From: Candidatus Paceibacter sp.
GTDB lineage: Bacteria; Patescibacteriota; Patescibacteriia; S139-126
Assembly (NCBI GenBank): GCA_020724865.1
Contig: DYGA01000003.1
Span: 63,901 to 127,900 of the forward strand
Reading direction: 5' to 3'
DNA length: 64,000 nt
The notes below the pieces were generated by a model. The model was not told the DNA's origin. It did not search any database and was given only the letters and a program-made list of their open reading frames with translations. Of the stretch, positions 48,118 through 58,339 are shown piece by piece. The first letter of the stretch is position 1. Each line of letters opens with the position of its first letter. A program made the position numbers and the translations under genes.

Positions 48118-49486
48118 AACTATTATTGTCTTTGGTCTGGGGTTGCACGGTGGCGGGTTGGCTCTAGCTAATTGGTTGTATAAAAACGGGGCAAAAGTTT
48201 TAGTATCTGATAAAAAAACAGCCGCAGAGTTAAAATCAACAATTAGAAAATTAAAAATACCAAAGAAGAATGTTTATTTAGGTAGGGAACCTTCGCTTAG
48301 TTGGCTAAAAGTGGCTGATTTAATTTTACAAAATCCCGGCGTTCCTAAAGATCATTTTTTTATTGTTGCGGCAAAGAAAAAGAAAATACCAATTTACAAT
48401 GAAGCAACTTTATTTTTTTCTTTAGTAAATAAACCAGTGATTGCTATCACCGGCAGTAAAGGCAAATCCACCACAACTCATTTATTGGGATTAATTTGTA
48501 AAAATTATAATAAAAATACTTTGGTCGGGGGTAATATTAAAATAAATCCCATGTTTAGTTTGATTGATAAAATAAAAGACAATTCTCTTATTATATTAGA
48601 GTTATCATCTTGGCAATTGGAAGGTTTGGCGGCTATAAAAAAATCGCCCCATATTTCTTTATTGACAAATATTACTCCAGAACATTTGAATCGTTATAAA
48701 AGTTTTAATGAATATGTGCAAGCAAAATTTTTAATTTTTAAATATCAACACCTCAATGATATAGCGGTTTTGAATTTAGATGATCCAGTGAGTTATCAAT
48801 TGTCAAAAAAAATTACAAACCAAATATTTTTTTATAGTCGTAAAAAAAAGGTAAAACAAGGTGTCTATTTAAGTAAAAATAAAATTTATTTTAAAATAAA
48901 AAACAAGACCGAGTTTATTCTGCATAAAAAAGATATTAAACTACCTGGTTTACATAATTTAGAAAACATATTAGGAGCAATTTTAGTGGCTAAAATTTTA
49001 AACATACCAAATGCAATAATTTCTAAAGTAGTAAAAGCATACCATGGATTTCCTAGTCGATTTGAAACCATTCGACGGTTTAAAGGCATTACATTTATAA
49101 ATGACACGACAGCTACCGCGCCAATAGCTACAATTTCAGCTCTTAAAACTTTACCACAGCGATCTATTTTATTGGCCGGTGGTAGTTCTAAAGGTTTGCC
49201 CGTAGGTGAATTGGCAAAAATTATCAAACAAAAAACTAAGTTTTGTTTTTTATTTACTGGCCAAGGTTCAGAAGAGTTGCTAAGAGAGTTAAGAAAAATT
49301 AAATACCCAGAGAAAAAATTGTTTTTAAATTATAGTCAGATGAACCAAATTGTAAACGACGCTTATAAACATGCTACAACGGGAGATATAATAATTCTTT
49401 CGCCCGGTTTTGCTAGTTTTGCTAATTTTAAAAATGAATTTGATCGTGGTGATCAGTTTAATTATTATGTTAGAAAGTTAAAATGA
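48083..49486 (+). CDS. murD: UDP-N-acetylmuramoylalanine--D-glutamate ligase
   Basis: N-terminal Rossmann-like motif GLGLHGGGLALANWL, the Mur ligase P-loop GSKGKSTT, and dcw context. Confidence 0.85.
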   Translation: MKVNSASWLKNKTIIVFGLGLHGGGLALANWLYKNGAKVLVSDKKTAAELKSTIRKLKIPKKNVYLGREPSLSWLKVADLILQNPGVPKDHFFIVAAKKKKIPIYNEATLFFSLVNKPVIAITGSKGKSTTTHLLGLICKNYNKNTLVGGNIKINPMFSLIDKIKDNSLIILELSSWQLEGLAAIKKSPHISLLTNITPEHLNRYKSFNEYVQAKFLIFKYQHLNDIAVLNLDDPVSYQLSKKITNQIFFYSRKKKVKQGVYLSKNKIYFKIKNKTEFILHKKDIKLPGLHNLENILGAILVAKILNIPNAIISKVVKAYHGFPSRFETIRRFKGITFINDTTATAPIATISALKTLPQRSILLAGGSSKGLPVGELAKIIKQKTKFCFLFTGQGSEELLRELRKIKYPEKKLFLNYSQMNQIVNDAYKHATTGDIIILSPGFASFANFKNEFDRGDQFNYYVRKLK

Positions 49487-50643
49487 CGAATAAATTGTCT
49501 TGGCAACAGAAAATTAAAAGATTTTTTAATTGGTTGATTTATCGTGGCGATGGAAAAGAACCAGATTATACTTTATTTGTCCTTTTATTAGTTATACTGA
49601 TTTTAGGTTTGATTTTTTTAGCTTCGGCTTCTAGTGTAATATCTTTTGATGAACACCATGATCCCTACTATCTTTTTAAAAGGCAATTTTTTCAAGGTAT
49701 ATTTTTTGGTCTAATACTTTTTGCTATTACCAGTCATGTTCATTATAATTTTTTTAAAAAAAACGCTTTGTTTTTATTGTCAGTAGGAATTATTTTATTG
49801 GTTTTAGTTTTTTCTGGTATCGGACTTGAACTTTTAGGGGGACGCCGTTGGCTTAATCTATTTGGTTATAGCTTTCAACCTGCTGAATATGTAAAAATTG
49901 CTTTAATAATTTATTTGGCAGCTTGGTTTGACTCACGGAGTAATAATATTAAAAGTTTTAAAATAACTTTTTTACCATTTTTAATACTTTTATGTTTAGT
50001 AGTAATTTTGATTCTTTTACAACCAGATATGGGGACAGCATCGTTGCTTGTTGCTTTAAGTATAACTATGTATTATTTAGCCGGTGGGCAAGTAGGTTTT
50101 TTGTTATCACTAACAGCAATTGGTTCAGTTATTTTTTATTTTTTAATAAAAAATTCTTCTTATCGAGCAGCTAGGCTTATGGTATTTTTGAATCCTGAGT
50201 TAGATCCTCAAGGTATTGGTTATCATATAAATCAAGCAATGTTAGCCATAGGTTCTGGTGGTATTTTTGGTAGGGGGCTTGGTCATTCAAGGCAAAAATT
50301 TAATTATTTACCTGAGGTTGCCGGTGATTCAATTTTTGCCATAATTGCAGAAGAATTAGGTTTTATTTTTACTTTTCTATTTTTACTTTTATATTTTTAC
50401 TTTTTTTACAGAATTTTACAGTTAGCTTTTAAAGCACCTGATAATTTTTCCAAATTTTTTATTTTAGGTTTTTTTAGTTTATTAATCTGGCAATCCTTTT
50501 TGAATATCATGGCTATGCTGGGATTGATTCCTTTAACTGGTATGCCTTTGCCTTTTATTTCTTACGGTTCTTCATCATTGGCTATGTTATTGGCTGGTAT
50601 GGGGATAATATTTAATATATCTAAATATCGAACACATAATTAG
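49483..50643 (+). CDS. ftsW: SEDS-family peptidoglycan glycosyltransferase FtsW/RodA
   Basis: Ten-TM SEDS pattern with conserved QPDMGTA and GSGG...GLG regions. Sits between murD and murG. Confidence 0.8.
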   Translation: MTNKLSWQQKIKRFFNWLIYRGDGKEPDYTLFVLLLVILILGLIFLASASSVISFDEHHDPYYLFKRQFFQGIFFGLILFAITSHVHYNFFKKNALFLLSVGIILLVLVFSGIGLELLGGRRWLNLFGYSFQPAEYVKIALIIYLAAWFDSRSNNIKSFKITFLPFLILLCLVVILILLQPDMGTASLLVALSITMYYLAGGQVGFLLSLTAIGSVIFYFLIKNSSYRAARLMVFLNPELDPQGIGYHINQAMLAIGSGGIFGRGLGHSRQKFNYLPEVAGDSIFAIIAEELGFIFTFLFLLLYFYFFYRILQLAFKAPDNFSKFFILGFFSLLIWQSFLNIMAMLGLIPLTGMPLPFISYGSSSLAMLLAGMGIIFNISKYRTHN

Positions 50644-50652
50644 TTCAAATCT

Positions 50653-51744
50653 ATGAAGATTTTAATGGTTGGTGGTGGTACCGGAGGTTCAGTAACACCG
50701 CTCATAGCTATAGCTCAATATTTAAAAAATCAAAAAACAGATCTTGAGTTTATTTGGTTTGGTACTTACAAAGGTCCAGAAAAAAATTTAGTATTAGCCG
50801 CTGATATAAAATTTATTCCAATATTTTCAGGTAAATTTAGACGTTATTTTTCTTGGCAAAATTTTATTGACATTTTTTTTATAATTTTTGGTTTTATTCA
50901 AGCTTTTGTGTATTTTTTCAAATTTAAACCAGATGTGATGATTAGCGCTGGTAGTTTTGTGGCTGTACCGGTGGGTTTAGTAGCTTTTATATTTCGCTGT
51001 CCTCAAATTATACATCAACAAGATATAGTTACTGGTTTAGCTAACAAAATTTTATCTTTTTTAGCTAATAAAATTACTGTAACTTTTCCAGAACAAGTCG
51101 CAAATTTTCCTTCCTCAAAAGTTGTTTTATCTGGCAACCCAATTAGAGAAGAAATTTTACAAGGTAATAAATCAAAGGCTATCCAGTTACTGAGTTTAGA
51201 AAAAGACTTGCCAACCGTTCTGGTAGTTGGTGGTGGTACCGGGGCAATGAAATTGAACCAATTAATCCAAGGGGCGTTACCAGAATTATTGCAATTTTGC
51301 CAGGTAATTCACATCACTGGTAAAAATAAAAAAGTTCAAGCTTTAGCTTTAAAAGATTTTTCAACTAGATATCACCAATTTGATTTTATTTTAAATGAAA
51401 TGCCAGATATTTTAGCTGTTGCCGATCTGGTAATAACTAGAGGAGGCATGGGTTTTCTTACTGAATTAGCTGCTTTAGGAAAGCCAACATTGATTATACC
51501 TATACCTGATTCCCATCAAGAAGCTAATGCAAATTATTTTGTCCAACAACGAGCAGCGATTTATTTGGATCAAAACAAGATATCAAGTCAATCCCTAATA
51601 GATGATCTTAAAGAATTAATTGCTGACAAGGCAGCTTTAAATTATCTTGGTATTAATATAAAAAAATTATATCAGCCTATGGCTGCCCAAATAATTTCCG
51701 AAAGTTTATTAACATTATTTAATGAAAAAATTAATAACAGATAA
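50653..51744 (+). CDS. murG: UDP-GlcNAc:lipid I N-acetylglucosaminyltransferase
   Basis: GGGTGGSVTP N-terminus (G-rich loop) and GT28 C-terminal domain motifs. Confidence 0.85.
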   Translation: MKILMVGGGTGGSVTPLIAIAQYLKNQKTDLEFIWFGTYKGPEKNLVLAADIKFIPIFSGKFRRYFSWQNFIDIFFIIFGFIQAFVYFFKFKPDVMISAGSFVAVPVGLVAFIFRCPQIIHQQDIVTGLANKILSFLANKITVTFPEQVANFPSSKVVLSGNPIREEILQGNKSKAIQLLSLEKDLPTVLVVGGGTGAMKLNQLIQGALPELLQFCQVIHITGKNKKVQALALKDFSTRYHQFDFILNEMPDILAVADLVITRGGMGFLTELAALGKPTLIIPIPDSHQEANANYFVQQRAAIYLDQNKISSQSLIDDLKELIADKAALNYLGINIKKLYQPMAAQIISESLLTLFNEKINNR

Positions 51745-53104
51745 AAATAATTTGCATTTTGTCGGGATTAAGGGTGGCGGTATGACCGCTTTGGCTTTAC
51801 TTTTGCAGGGAATGGGTAAAAATATAACTGGTAGTGATACTGGTGAAAAATTTTATACTGACAAAATTTTACAAAAATATAAAATTAAATATTTCGAAAA
51901 TTTTGATCCTGAGACCCTTCCAAAAAATTTAGATTTAATCATATATTCAACTGCTTATAATCCAAAAAATAATCCCCTTTGTATTCAGGCAAAAAATAAA
52001 GGCATTCCAATTATAAGTTACCCTGAAGCTTTGGCAGAATTGATTAACACCAAAAATACCATAGCTATAGCTGGTACTCACGGCAAAACCACTACTACAG
52101 CTTGGTTGGCTTTTTTACTTAAGTTAGCAGATTTTGATCCATCAGCAATTATTGGTTCAAATGTGCCTCAATTTGGCGGTAGTACTTTGGTTGGTAAATC
52201 AAATTGGTTAGTGGTAGAAACTGATGAATATCAAAATAAATTTCAGTATTATTTTCCTCAGGCAATTGTTCTTAATAACATAGATTGGGATCACCCAGAT
52301 TTTTTTATTAGTGAAAGTGATTATGTAAATGTATTTAAAAACTATATTGAAAAAATACCTAATCATGGGTTTTTAATTGCCGGTACTGATAATTTAAATG
52401 TTCGTAATTTAGTAAAAAATTTTTCTGGCAAACTCATAACTTTTGGCATTAAACAAAAGGCTGATTGGCAAGCCAGATGTATACGTATAGATAATGGCAC
52501 TACTAGTTTTGACGCCTATTTTAAAAATAAGTTTTGGCATAAGATAAAAATCAATTTAAAAGGAGATTTTAATATTTTAAATTCATTAGCTGTTTTAGCT
52601 GCAGCCGTTGAATTAAAGGCTGATAAAAATAAAATAATTCAGGGTTTAGAAAGTTTTTTGGGTACAGAGAGGAGATTTGAAAAAAAAGGTGAAATTGGAA
52701 ATTCGGTAATTTATGATGATTTTGCCCATCATCCTGAAGAAATCCGTGCAACTTTAAAAATGTGTAAAAAATATTTTCCCGATAAAAAAATAATAGTTGT
52801 TTTTCATCCCCATACTTTTACCCGCACTTTGCAATTGAAAAATGAGTTTGTTAAGAGTTTTATTTATGCTGATCAAGTATTATTGTTGGACATTTACGGC
52901 AGCGCTAGAGAACAACAGGGAGGAATCAATTCTGAAGAATTAACTCAAGCCATAAATGAATTTAGTCATAATGCAGTGTATGTAAAAGATATCAATGGTG
53001 CGGTTAATTATTTACAGACGAATTTGAATGAAAATAATTTAATTATTACCATGGGTGCGGGTGATGTTTGGCGAGTCGGGGAAACTTTGTTACATTTAAA
53101 TTAA
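51722..53104 (+). CDS. murC: UDP-N-acetylmuramate--L-alanine ligase
   Basis: HFVGIKGGGM, the Mur ligase P-loop GTHGKTTTT and a DDFAHHP C-terminal motif. Confidence 0.85.
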   Translation: MKKLITDKNNLHFVGIKGGGMTALALLLQGMGKNITGSDTGEKFYTDKILQKYKIKYFENFDPETLPKNLDLIIYSTAYNPKNNPLCIQAKNKGIPIISYPEALAELINTKNTIAIAGTHGKTTTTAWLAFLLKLADFDPSAIIGSNVPQFGGSTLVGKSNWLVVETDEYQNKFQYYFPQAIVLNNIDWDHPDFFISESDYVNVFKNYIEKIPNHGFLIAGTDNLNVRNLVKNFSGKLITFGIKQKADWQARCIRIDNGTTSFDAYFKNKFWHKIKINLKGDFNILNSLAVLAAAVELKADKNKIIQGLESFLGTERRFEKKGEIGNSVIYDDFAHHPEEIRATLKMCKKYFPDKKIIVVFHPHTFTRTLQLKNEFVKSFIYADQVLLLDIYGSAREQQGGINSEELTQAINEFSHNAVYVKDINGAVNYLQTNLNENNLIITMGAGDVWRVGETLLHLN

Positions 53105-53122
53105 AATATTTTACAGATTTTT

Positions 53123-53707
53123 ATGGATATACTATTACAACGGTTACAAAAAATTTATGGTTCAAATTTAAAAACTGACGTTCGGTTATCAGAATATACT
53201 AAAATAGGTATTGGCGGATTAGCCAAATATTTTTTACCATGTAATAATATAGAATCATTTAATTCAGCAATTAATACAGCTCAAAAAAATAATATTTCAT
53301 TTTTGGCATTAAGATATGATGAAGATATTTTAATAGTTTCTCAAGCTATAAATAAGTTAATTATTTTTTTACTTGCGCCAGACAATAATCAACCAAAATT
53401 AATAAATTTATTTGTACCAGTAGTAATAGACAAAGAAATAGAAAAGATATTAATTAATAAAGGTTTTACTGATCTGGCTAATAAAAAGGAATTGTCGCCT
53501 AATGATATTTTTTTGAGAATGGGATTAGTTGATAAAGTTTTTGGCGGCTTAAAACAGATGCCCACCTCGCCCAATACAGCTATAAATTTTCAGCAAGCAA
53601 CTATTGATGATGTAGTTATTATGTCTTCTTATTTAAAACAACAAGTGCGTGATAAACTTGGTATACAGTTAAAAGATAATTATAAATTTATTGATGAAAA
53701 TAATTAA
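53123..53707 (+). CDS. Hypothetical protein with a MurB-like N-terminal motif (truncated or divergent UDP-N-acetylenolpyruvoylglucosamine reductase?)
   Basis: N-terminus VRLSEYTKIGIGGLAKYF resembles the MurB start (L..yTTfriGG.a..f), but the protein is only 194 aa and lacks the GxGSN FAD motif. It occupies the murB position after murC. Confidence 0.3.
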   Translation: MDILLQRLQKIYGSNLKTDVRLSEYTKIGIGGLAKYFLPCNNIESFNSAINTAQKNNISFLALRYDEDILIVSQAINKLIIFLLAPDNNQPKLINLFVPVVIDKEIEKILINKGFTDLANKKELSPNDIFLRMGLVDKVFGGLKQMPTSPNTAINFQQATIDDVVIMSSYLKQQVRDKLGIQLKDNYKFIDENN

Positions 53708-53716
53708 AATTTTAAT

Positions 53717-54028
53717 ATGAAAATAATAATCAAAGGTACAAATATTGAATTAACTCCTGAGATGAAAGTTTATTTACAAAATAAATTTTCAACTATTGAA
53801 AAATATAACAAGAAAATAAATGAAGTTAGAGTTGAAATTGAACACGATGCAAAACATCAAAAGGGAGAAATTATAAGATGTGAAGTAAATGTGTTAGTTA
53901 ACGGTCGTATTATTAGAGTAGAAAAAAATGCCGTTTCATTTGAAAAAGCCGTAAATAAAGTTCGAGATCATTTAAAATTAGTTTTAGTAAAACAACGAAA
54001 AAAAAGTATAGATAAATATCGTAAATAG
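53717..54028 (+). CDS. hpf: Ribosome hibernation promoting factor (S30AE/RaiA family, short form)
   Basis: MKIIIKGTNIELTPEMKVYLQNKF is an HPF/YfiA N-terminus. 103 aa. hpf-secA adjacency as in Firmicutes. Confidence 0.85.
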   Translation: MKIIIKGTNIELTPEMKVYLQNKFSTIEKYNKKINEVRVEIEHDAKHQKGEIIRCEVNVLVNGRIIRVEKNAVSFEKAVNKVRDHLKLVLVKQRKKSIDKYRK

Positions 54029-54068
54029 TTTATGATTAGTCTAAATCGTGTTATTATAATAACTTACT

Positions 54069-56822
54069 ATGAAATTAATTTATAAAATTTTTGGTGATCC
54101 AAATGAAAAATATCTAAAATCTCTACAACCAACTGTTGAGAAAATAAATAAATTGGAAAGTGAAATAAAAAAATTATCTGATCAAGAGCTGCGAGCCAAA
54201 ACTGATTATTTTAAAAAAATTGTTTCACAAAACGATGACTTAGATGCAATTTTGCCAGAAGCTTTTGCTGTAGTTAGGGAAGCGTCGCGCAGAACTACTG
54301 GTATGAGACATTTTGATGTCCAATTATTGGGTGGTATAGTTTTACATCAAGGCCAAATTGCTGAAATGAAAACAGGTGAAGGTAAAACCTTGGTTGCTAC
54401 CCTCGCTTTATATCTAAACGCTTTAACTGGCAAAGGGGTTCATTTGGTTACAGTGAACGATTATTTAGCCCGCCGTGATGCTGTGTGGATGGGGCAAATT
54501 TATAATTTTTTAGGCATGTCGGTTAGCTGTATTCAACAACAGGGTATATCTTATATTTATGATCCGACTCACAAAGCCAATTCTCAATCCAATGTAGTCG
54601 TTGATATGGATAATTTAAGATTATGCACCAGAGCTGAAGCTTATCAGGCTGATATTGTTTATGGTACCAATAATGAATTTGGTTTTGATTATTTGCGTGA
54701 TAATATGGCCATTGAAACGTCACAAATAGTACAAAGACCCTTATATTTTGCGATTGTTGATGAAATAGATTCAATTTTAATTGATGAAGCTAGGACCCCT
54801 TTGATTATTTCTGCCCCGGCTGAAGAGTCAGAAGAACAATATCAACAATTTGCTCAAATTGCTAGACAGTTAGTAGAAAATCAAGATTATAATGTTGATG
54901 AAAAAATGCGAGCGGTTACTTTGACTGAAGCTGGAATTACTAAAGTAGAAAAAATTCTACAAGTAGAAAATATTTATACTGATCAACAGTTAAATTTAGT
55001 TTATCATATTGAAAATGCACTTAAAGCTAAAACACTATTTTTGCGGGATCGAGATTATATTGTTAAAGATGGAGAGGTAATAATAGTTGATGAATTTACC
55101 GGGCGATTAATGCAAGGCAGACGTTATTCGGAAGGTTTACATCAAGCTATTGAAGCCAAAGAAGGAGTAAAAGTCCAACAAGAATCACAAACTTTAGCAT
55201 CAATTACTTTTCAAAATTATTTTCGTATGTATAAGAAGTTATCAGGTATGACTGGAACTGCTTATACCGAAGCCGAAGAATTTTATAAAATATATGGTTT
55301 AGAGGTGACTGTTATTCCAACCAATAAACCAGTTATTAGAAAAGATTTGGAAGATTCAATATATAAAACTGAACAAGGCAAATTTAACGCTCTTATTAAA
55401 GAAGTAAAAAGAAGAGTTAGTAAAGGACAACCGGTTTTAATAGGCACAGTGTCTGTTGAAAAAAATGAACTTTTACATCAATTATTAGATCGAGCCGGTA
55501 TTAAACATGAAATTTTAAATGCAAAAAATCACGCTCGAGAAGCAGAAATCATAGCTCAAGCCGGTAGGCCAGGAGCCGTAACTGTTGCTACCAATATGGC
55601 TGGGCGAGGTGTGGATATTATTCTTGGTGGACAACCTTTTGATAACGATTTATACAATCAGGTCAAAGCTGCTGGCGGTTTGCATGTTATAGGTACAGAA
55701 AGACACGAATCAAGACGTATAGACAATCAGCTGCGAGGACGGAGCGGACGTCAGGGAGACCCCGGCAGCACTCAATTTTATATTTCTATGGAAGATGATT
55801 TAATGAGAATTTTTGGTTCGGATCGCATGAAAGCTATAATGACCACCTTAAAAGTTCCTGAAGATATGCCAATTGAAAATAGAATCATAAGTAAATCCAT
55901 AGAAACTGCTCAAAAGAAAATTGAAGGCCATAATTTTGATATTCGCAAACATTTAGTTGAATACGATGATGTGATAAATAAACATCGCGAAACCATTTAT
56001 CGGAAACGTAAAGATATATTAATGGCCGCTGATAGAGATATCAAAAATCAAGTTAGTTCTGATAAATCAGAATTAAAAAAAATTATTTTATCTGTCATTC
56101 AAGATGAAATAGAGCAAGTGGTATCTTTTCATACTGCCGCTGAAAAAATACGTGATTGGAATATAAAAGAAATTTTTGAAACTATCAAAACAATTTATCC
56201 GGTAGAAAATTCTTTTTTGAGTAATTTAGAAAATTTGTCTAGAGAAAAATCTGATGGAGCATCTCAAGCCAGATATCGAACCGAATTGATTGATAAAATA
56301 TTTACTGACATAAAAGAAAAATATGACCTTTTAGAAAATAAAATATTACAAGGTCCTTTGGGAGAAAATAAACAAGTTATGCGCCAAATTGAGAAGGCAG
56401 TTTATCTGCGAGCGATAGATATTCATTGGATATCTCATATTGATACTTTGGATCGAATTAGGCAGGGGATTGGACTTAGAGGATATGGCCAAAGAGATCC
56501 TTTGGTGGAATATAAAAAAGAAGCCTATAGATTATTTAATGAATTATTACAATCTATTCAAAATCAGGTTGTATATTCTATTTTTAAAGTTATTCAAGCA
56601 CAAGAGTTATCAATACGCTCGCCTTTACAGCGTAGTGGTTTAAGAATGTCAGCTCCAGCTAAAACAATGGAAAAAGCACAAACTAGAAGTAATTTATCAA
56701 ATCAAAATGATTCAGTGATCACTGATAAACCTTATTCACATGTTGCTGGTAAAAAAGTTGGTCGTAACGATCCTTGTCCTTGCGGTAGTGGAAAAAAATA
56801 TAAAAAGTGCCATGGGCAATAA
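54069..56822 (+). CDS. secA: Preprotein translocase ATPase SecA
   Basis: DEAD-like motor motifs MKTGEGKTLVATL, VTVNDYLARRD and TNMAGRGVDI, plus the C-terminal zinc finger CPCGSGKKYKKCHG. A TATAAT box lies 8 nt before the ATG. Confidence 0.95.
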   Translation: MKLIYKIFGDPNEKYLKSLQPTVEKINKLESEIKKLSDQELRAKTDYFKKIVSQNDDLDAILPEAFAVVREASRRTTGMRHFDVQLLGGIVLHQGQIAEMKTGEGKTLVATLALYLNALTGKGVHLVTVNDYLARRDAVWMGQIYNFLGMSVSCIQQQGISYIYDPTHKANSQSNVVVDMDNLRLCTRAEAYQADIVYGTNNEFGFDYLRDNMAIETSQIVQRPLYFAIVDEIDSILIDEARTPLIISAPAEESEEQYQQFAQIARQLVENQDYNVDEKMRAVTLTEAGITKVEKILQVENIYTDQQLNLVYHIENALKAKTLFLRDRDYIVKDGEVIIVDEFTGRLMQGRRYSEGLHQAIEAKEGVKVQQESQTLASITFQNYFRMYKKLSGMTGTAYTEAEEFYKIYGLEVTVIPTNKPVIRKDLEDSIYKTEQGKFNALIKEVKRRVSKGQPVLIGTVSVEKNELLHQLLDRAGIKHEILNAKNHAREAEIIAQAGRPGAVTVATNMAGRGVDIILGGQPFDNDLYNQVKAAGGLHVIGTERHESRRIDNQLRGRSGRQGDPGSTQFYISMEDDLMRIFGSDRMKAIMTTLKVPEDMPIENRIISKSIETAQKKIEGHNFDIRKHLVEYDDVINKHRETIYRKRKDILMAADRDIKNQVSSDKSELKKIILSVIQDEIEQVVSFHTAAEKIRDWNIKEIFETIKTIYPVENSFLSNLENLSREKSDGASQARYRTELIDKIFTDIKEKYDLLENKILQGPLGENKQVMRQIEKAVYLRAIDIHWISHIDTLDRIRQGIGLRGYGQRDPLVEYKKEAYRLFNELLQSIQNQVVYSIFKVIQAQELSIRSPLQRSGLRMSAPAKTMEKAQTRSNLSNQNDSVITDKPYSHVAGKKVGRNDPCPCGSGKKYKKCHGQ

Positions 56823-57228
56823 TACCAGTAATCAAAACCTATTTCAAAGAGTTAAAGAGCTGAAATTACCAATGGGAAAATATGCTTTATTTGGCAGTGC
56901 GCCGCTGGGAATCAGAAAATTAAAAAATTGTCGTGATATAGACATTGTTGTAACGGAGGATTTGTGGGATGAATATAAACAAAAGAACTGGAAGCTACGG
57001 ACTAAGCCTCATGGCAGTAAGTATCTTTGGAATAAAAAAATTGAATTATGGAAAGATTGGCAACCTGGCCAGTGGGATATTAAACAACTAATCAAAGAGG
57101 CAGAAATTATTAATGACTTACCGTTCGTTAGATTAGAAAGAGTTTTAGAATATAAAAAATTATTGGGAAGAAAAAAAGATTTGGCAGATATTAAAATAAT
57201 AAAAAAATTCCTGCAAACAAAGAAATAA
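56812..57228 (+). CDS. Minimal nucleotidyltransferase-fold protein (Pol-beta superfamily, MNT/ANT-like)
   Basis: hG[GS]x9-13DhD motif LFGSAPLGIRKLKNCRDIDIVV. 138 aa. The start overlaps the last 11 nt of secA. Confidence 0.5.
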   Translation: MGNNTSNQNLFQRVKELKLPMGKYALFGSAPLGIRKLKNCRDIDIVVTEDLWDEYKQKNWKLRTKPHGSKYLWNKKIELWKDWQPGQWDIKQLIKEAEIINDLPFVRLERVLEYKKLLGRKKDLADIKIIKKFLQTKK

Positions 57229-57282
57229 ATAAGATATAAGATTAAACAAAAATTACTAGATAAATTTATATTTAAATTAAAG

Positions 57283-57504
57283 ATGCTGATTAAACTAGGA
57301 AAATATAAGCACTATAAAGGGAATTATTATAATGTAATAGGTGTTGCTAAACATAGTGAAACCATGGAAGAATTGGTAGTTTATCAAGCTAGCTATGGAA
57401 ACAAAGATTTATACGTTAGACCACTTAAAATGTTTGTTGAAAAAGTTATGATTAATGGGAAAAAAGTTGCCAGGTTTAAATATATAGGTAATTTAAAAAA
57501 ATGA
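57283..57504 (+). CDS. DUF1653-like small protein (73 aa)
   Basis: [44 protein letters not shown] resembles the DUF1653 consensus (YRHYKG..Y.V.G.A.HSET.E..VVY..LYG...WVRP..MF). Confidence 0.45.
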   Translation: MLIKLGKYKHYKGNYYNVIGVAKHSETMEELVVYQASYGNKDLYVRPLKMFVEKVMINGKKVARFKYIGNLKK

Positions 57505-58250
57505 AAAAAAATTTTTTTATTTTTTTGTTTATTTTTATTTTATTGCCAATTCAAGTTTGGGCCGAAGATACATCAGGATTAGATGTTGATCATGATGGAT
57601 TGACTAATTCGGAAGAAATAAATAAATATTATACTGATTATTTAAATTCAGATACTGATGGTGATGGTTATTTTGATGGTGAAGAAATTGCCAAACATTT
57701 TTCCCCGCATGCTAAAGCTAAAACACTTTCTCAGTATGATTTAGATGGTGATGGGCTATCTGATTGGTTAGAAATTCAATTTGGGACAAATTTAAATAAT
57801 TATGATACCGATGGAGATGGTTTTTCTGATTATAATGAAGTTTTAAATAGTTATGATCCTTTAAATTCTAAACCTATAAAATTACCTCAGGAAATAATTA
57901 TTGATACTACCAAACAAACTCTTACCGCCAAGCTCAATAATATATCTTTAGTAATTTTTCCTGTATCGACAGGTAAAGCAGGTTATGAAACTACCCGCGG
58001 TGAATATGAAATTAATAATAAGATTCCTCGAGCATGGTCAAAAACCTATGGTTTATGGATGCCTTATTGGATGAGTTTTATAGGTTCGCAATACGGAATT
58101 CATGAATTACCTGAATGGCCCGGAGGAATAAAAGAAGGACAAAACCATCTTGGCACTCCAGTATCGCATGGATGTGTAAGGTTAGGCATCGGTCCAGCTG
58201 AATGGCTATATAATTGGGCTAATATTGGCACAAAAGTAAAAGTTAAATAA
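57501..58250 (+). CDS. Secreted L,D-transpeptidase (YkuD domain) with N-terminal Asp-rich Ca-binding (thrombospondin type-3/dockerin-like) repeats
   Basis: Signal peptide. Four DxDxDGxxDxxE repeats ([48 protein letters not shown]). Catalytic HELP...[11 protein letters not shown] motif. Confidence 0.75.
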   Translation: MKKNFFIFLFIFILLPIQVWAEDTSGLDVDHDGLTNSEEINKYYTDYLNSDTDGDGYFDGEEIAKHFSPHAKAKTLSQYDLDGDGLSDWLEIQFGTNLNNYDTDGDGFSDYNEVLNSYDPLNSKPIKLPQEIIIDTTKQTLTAKLNNISLVIFPVSTGKAGYETTRGEYEINNKIPRAWSKTYGLWMPYWMSFIGSQYGIHELPEWPGGIKEGQNHLGTPVSHGCVRLGIGPAEWLYNWANIGTKVKVK

Positions 58251-58339
58251 ACTCAATAATTTTACTTGCTTTTTTTTGTAAAGTCGTTATAATATATTCG
58301 TTAAATATTTGATGGTTTATCCATCAAGTTTTTATAACT

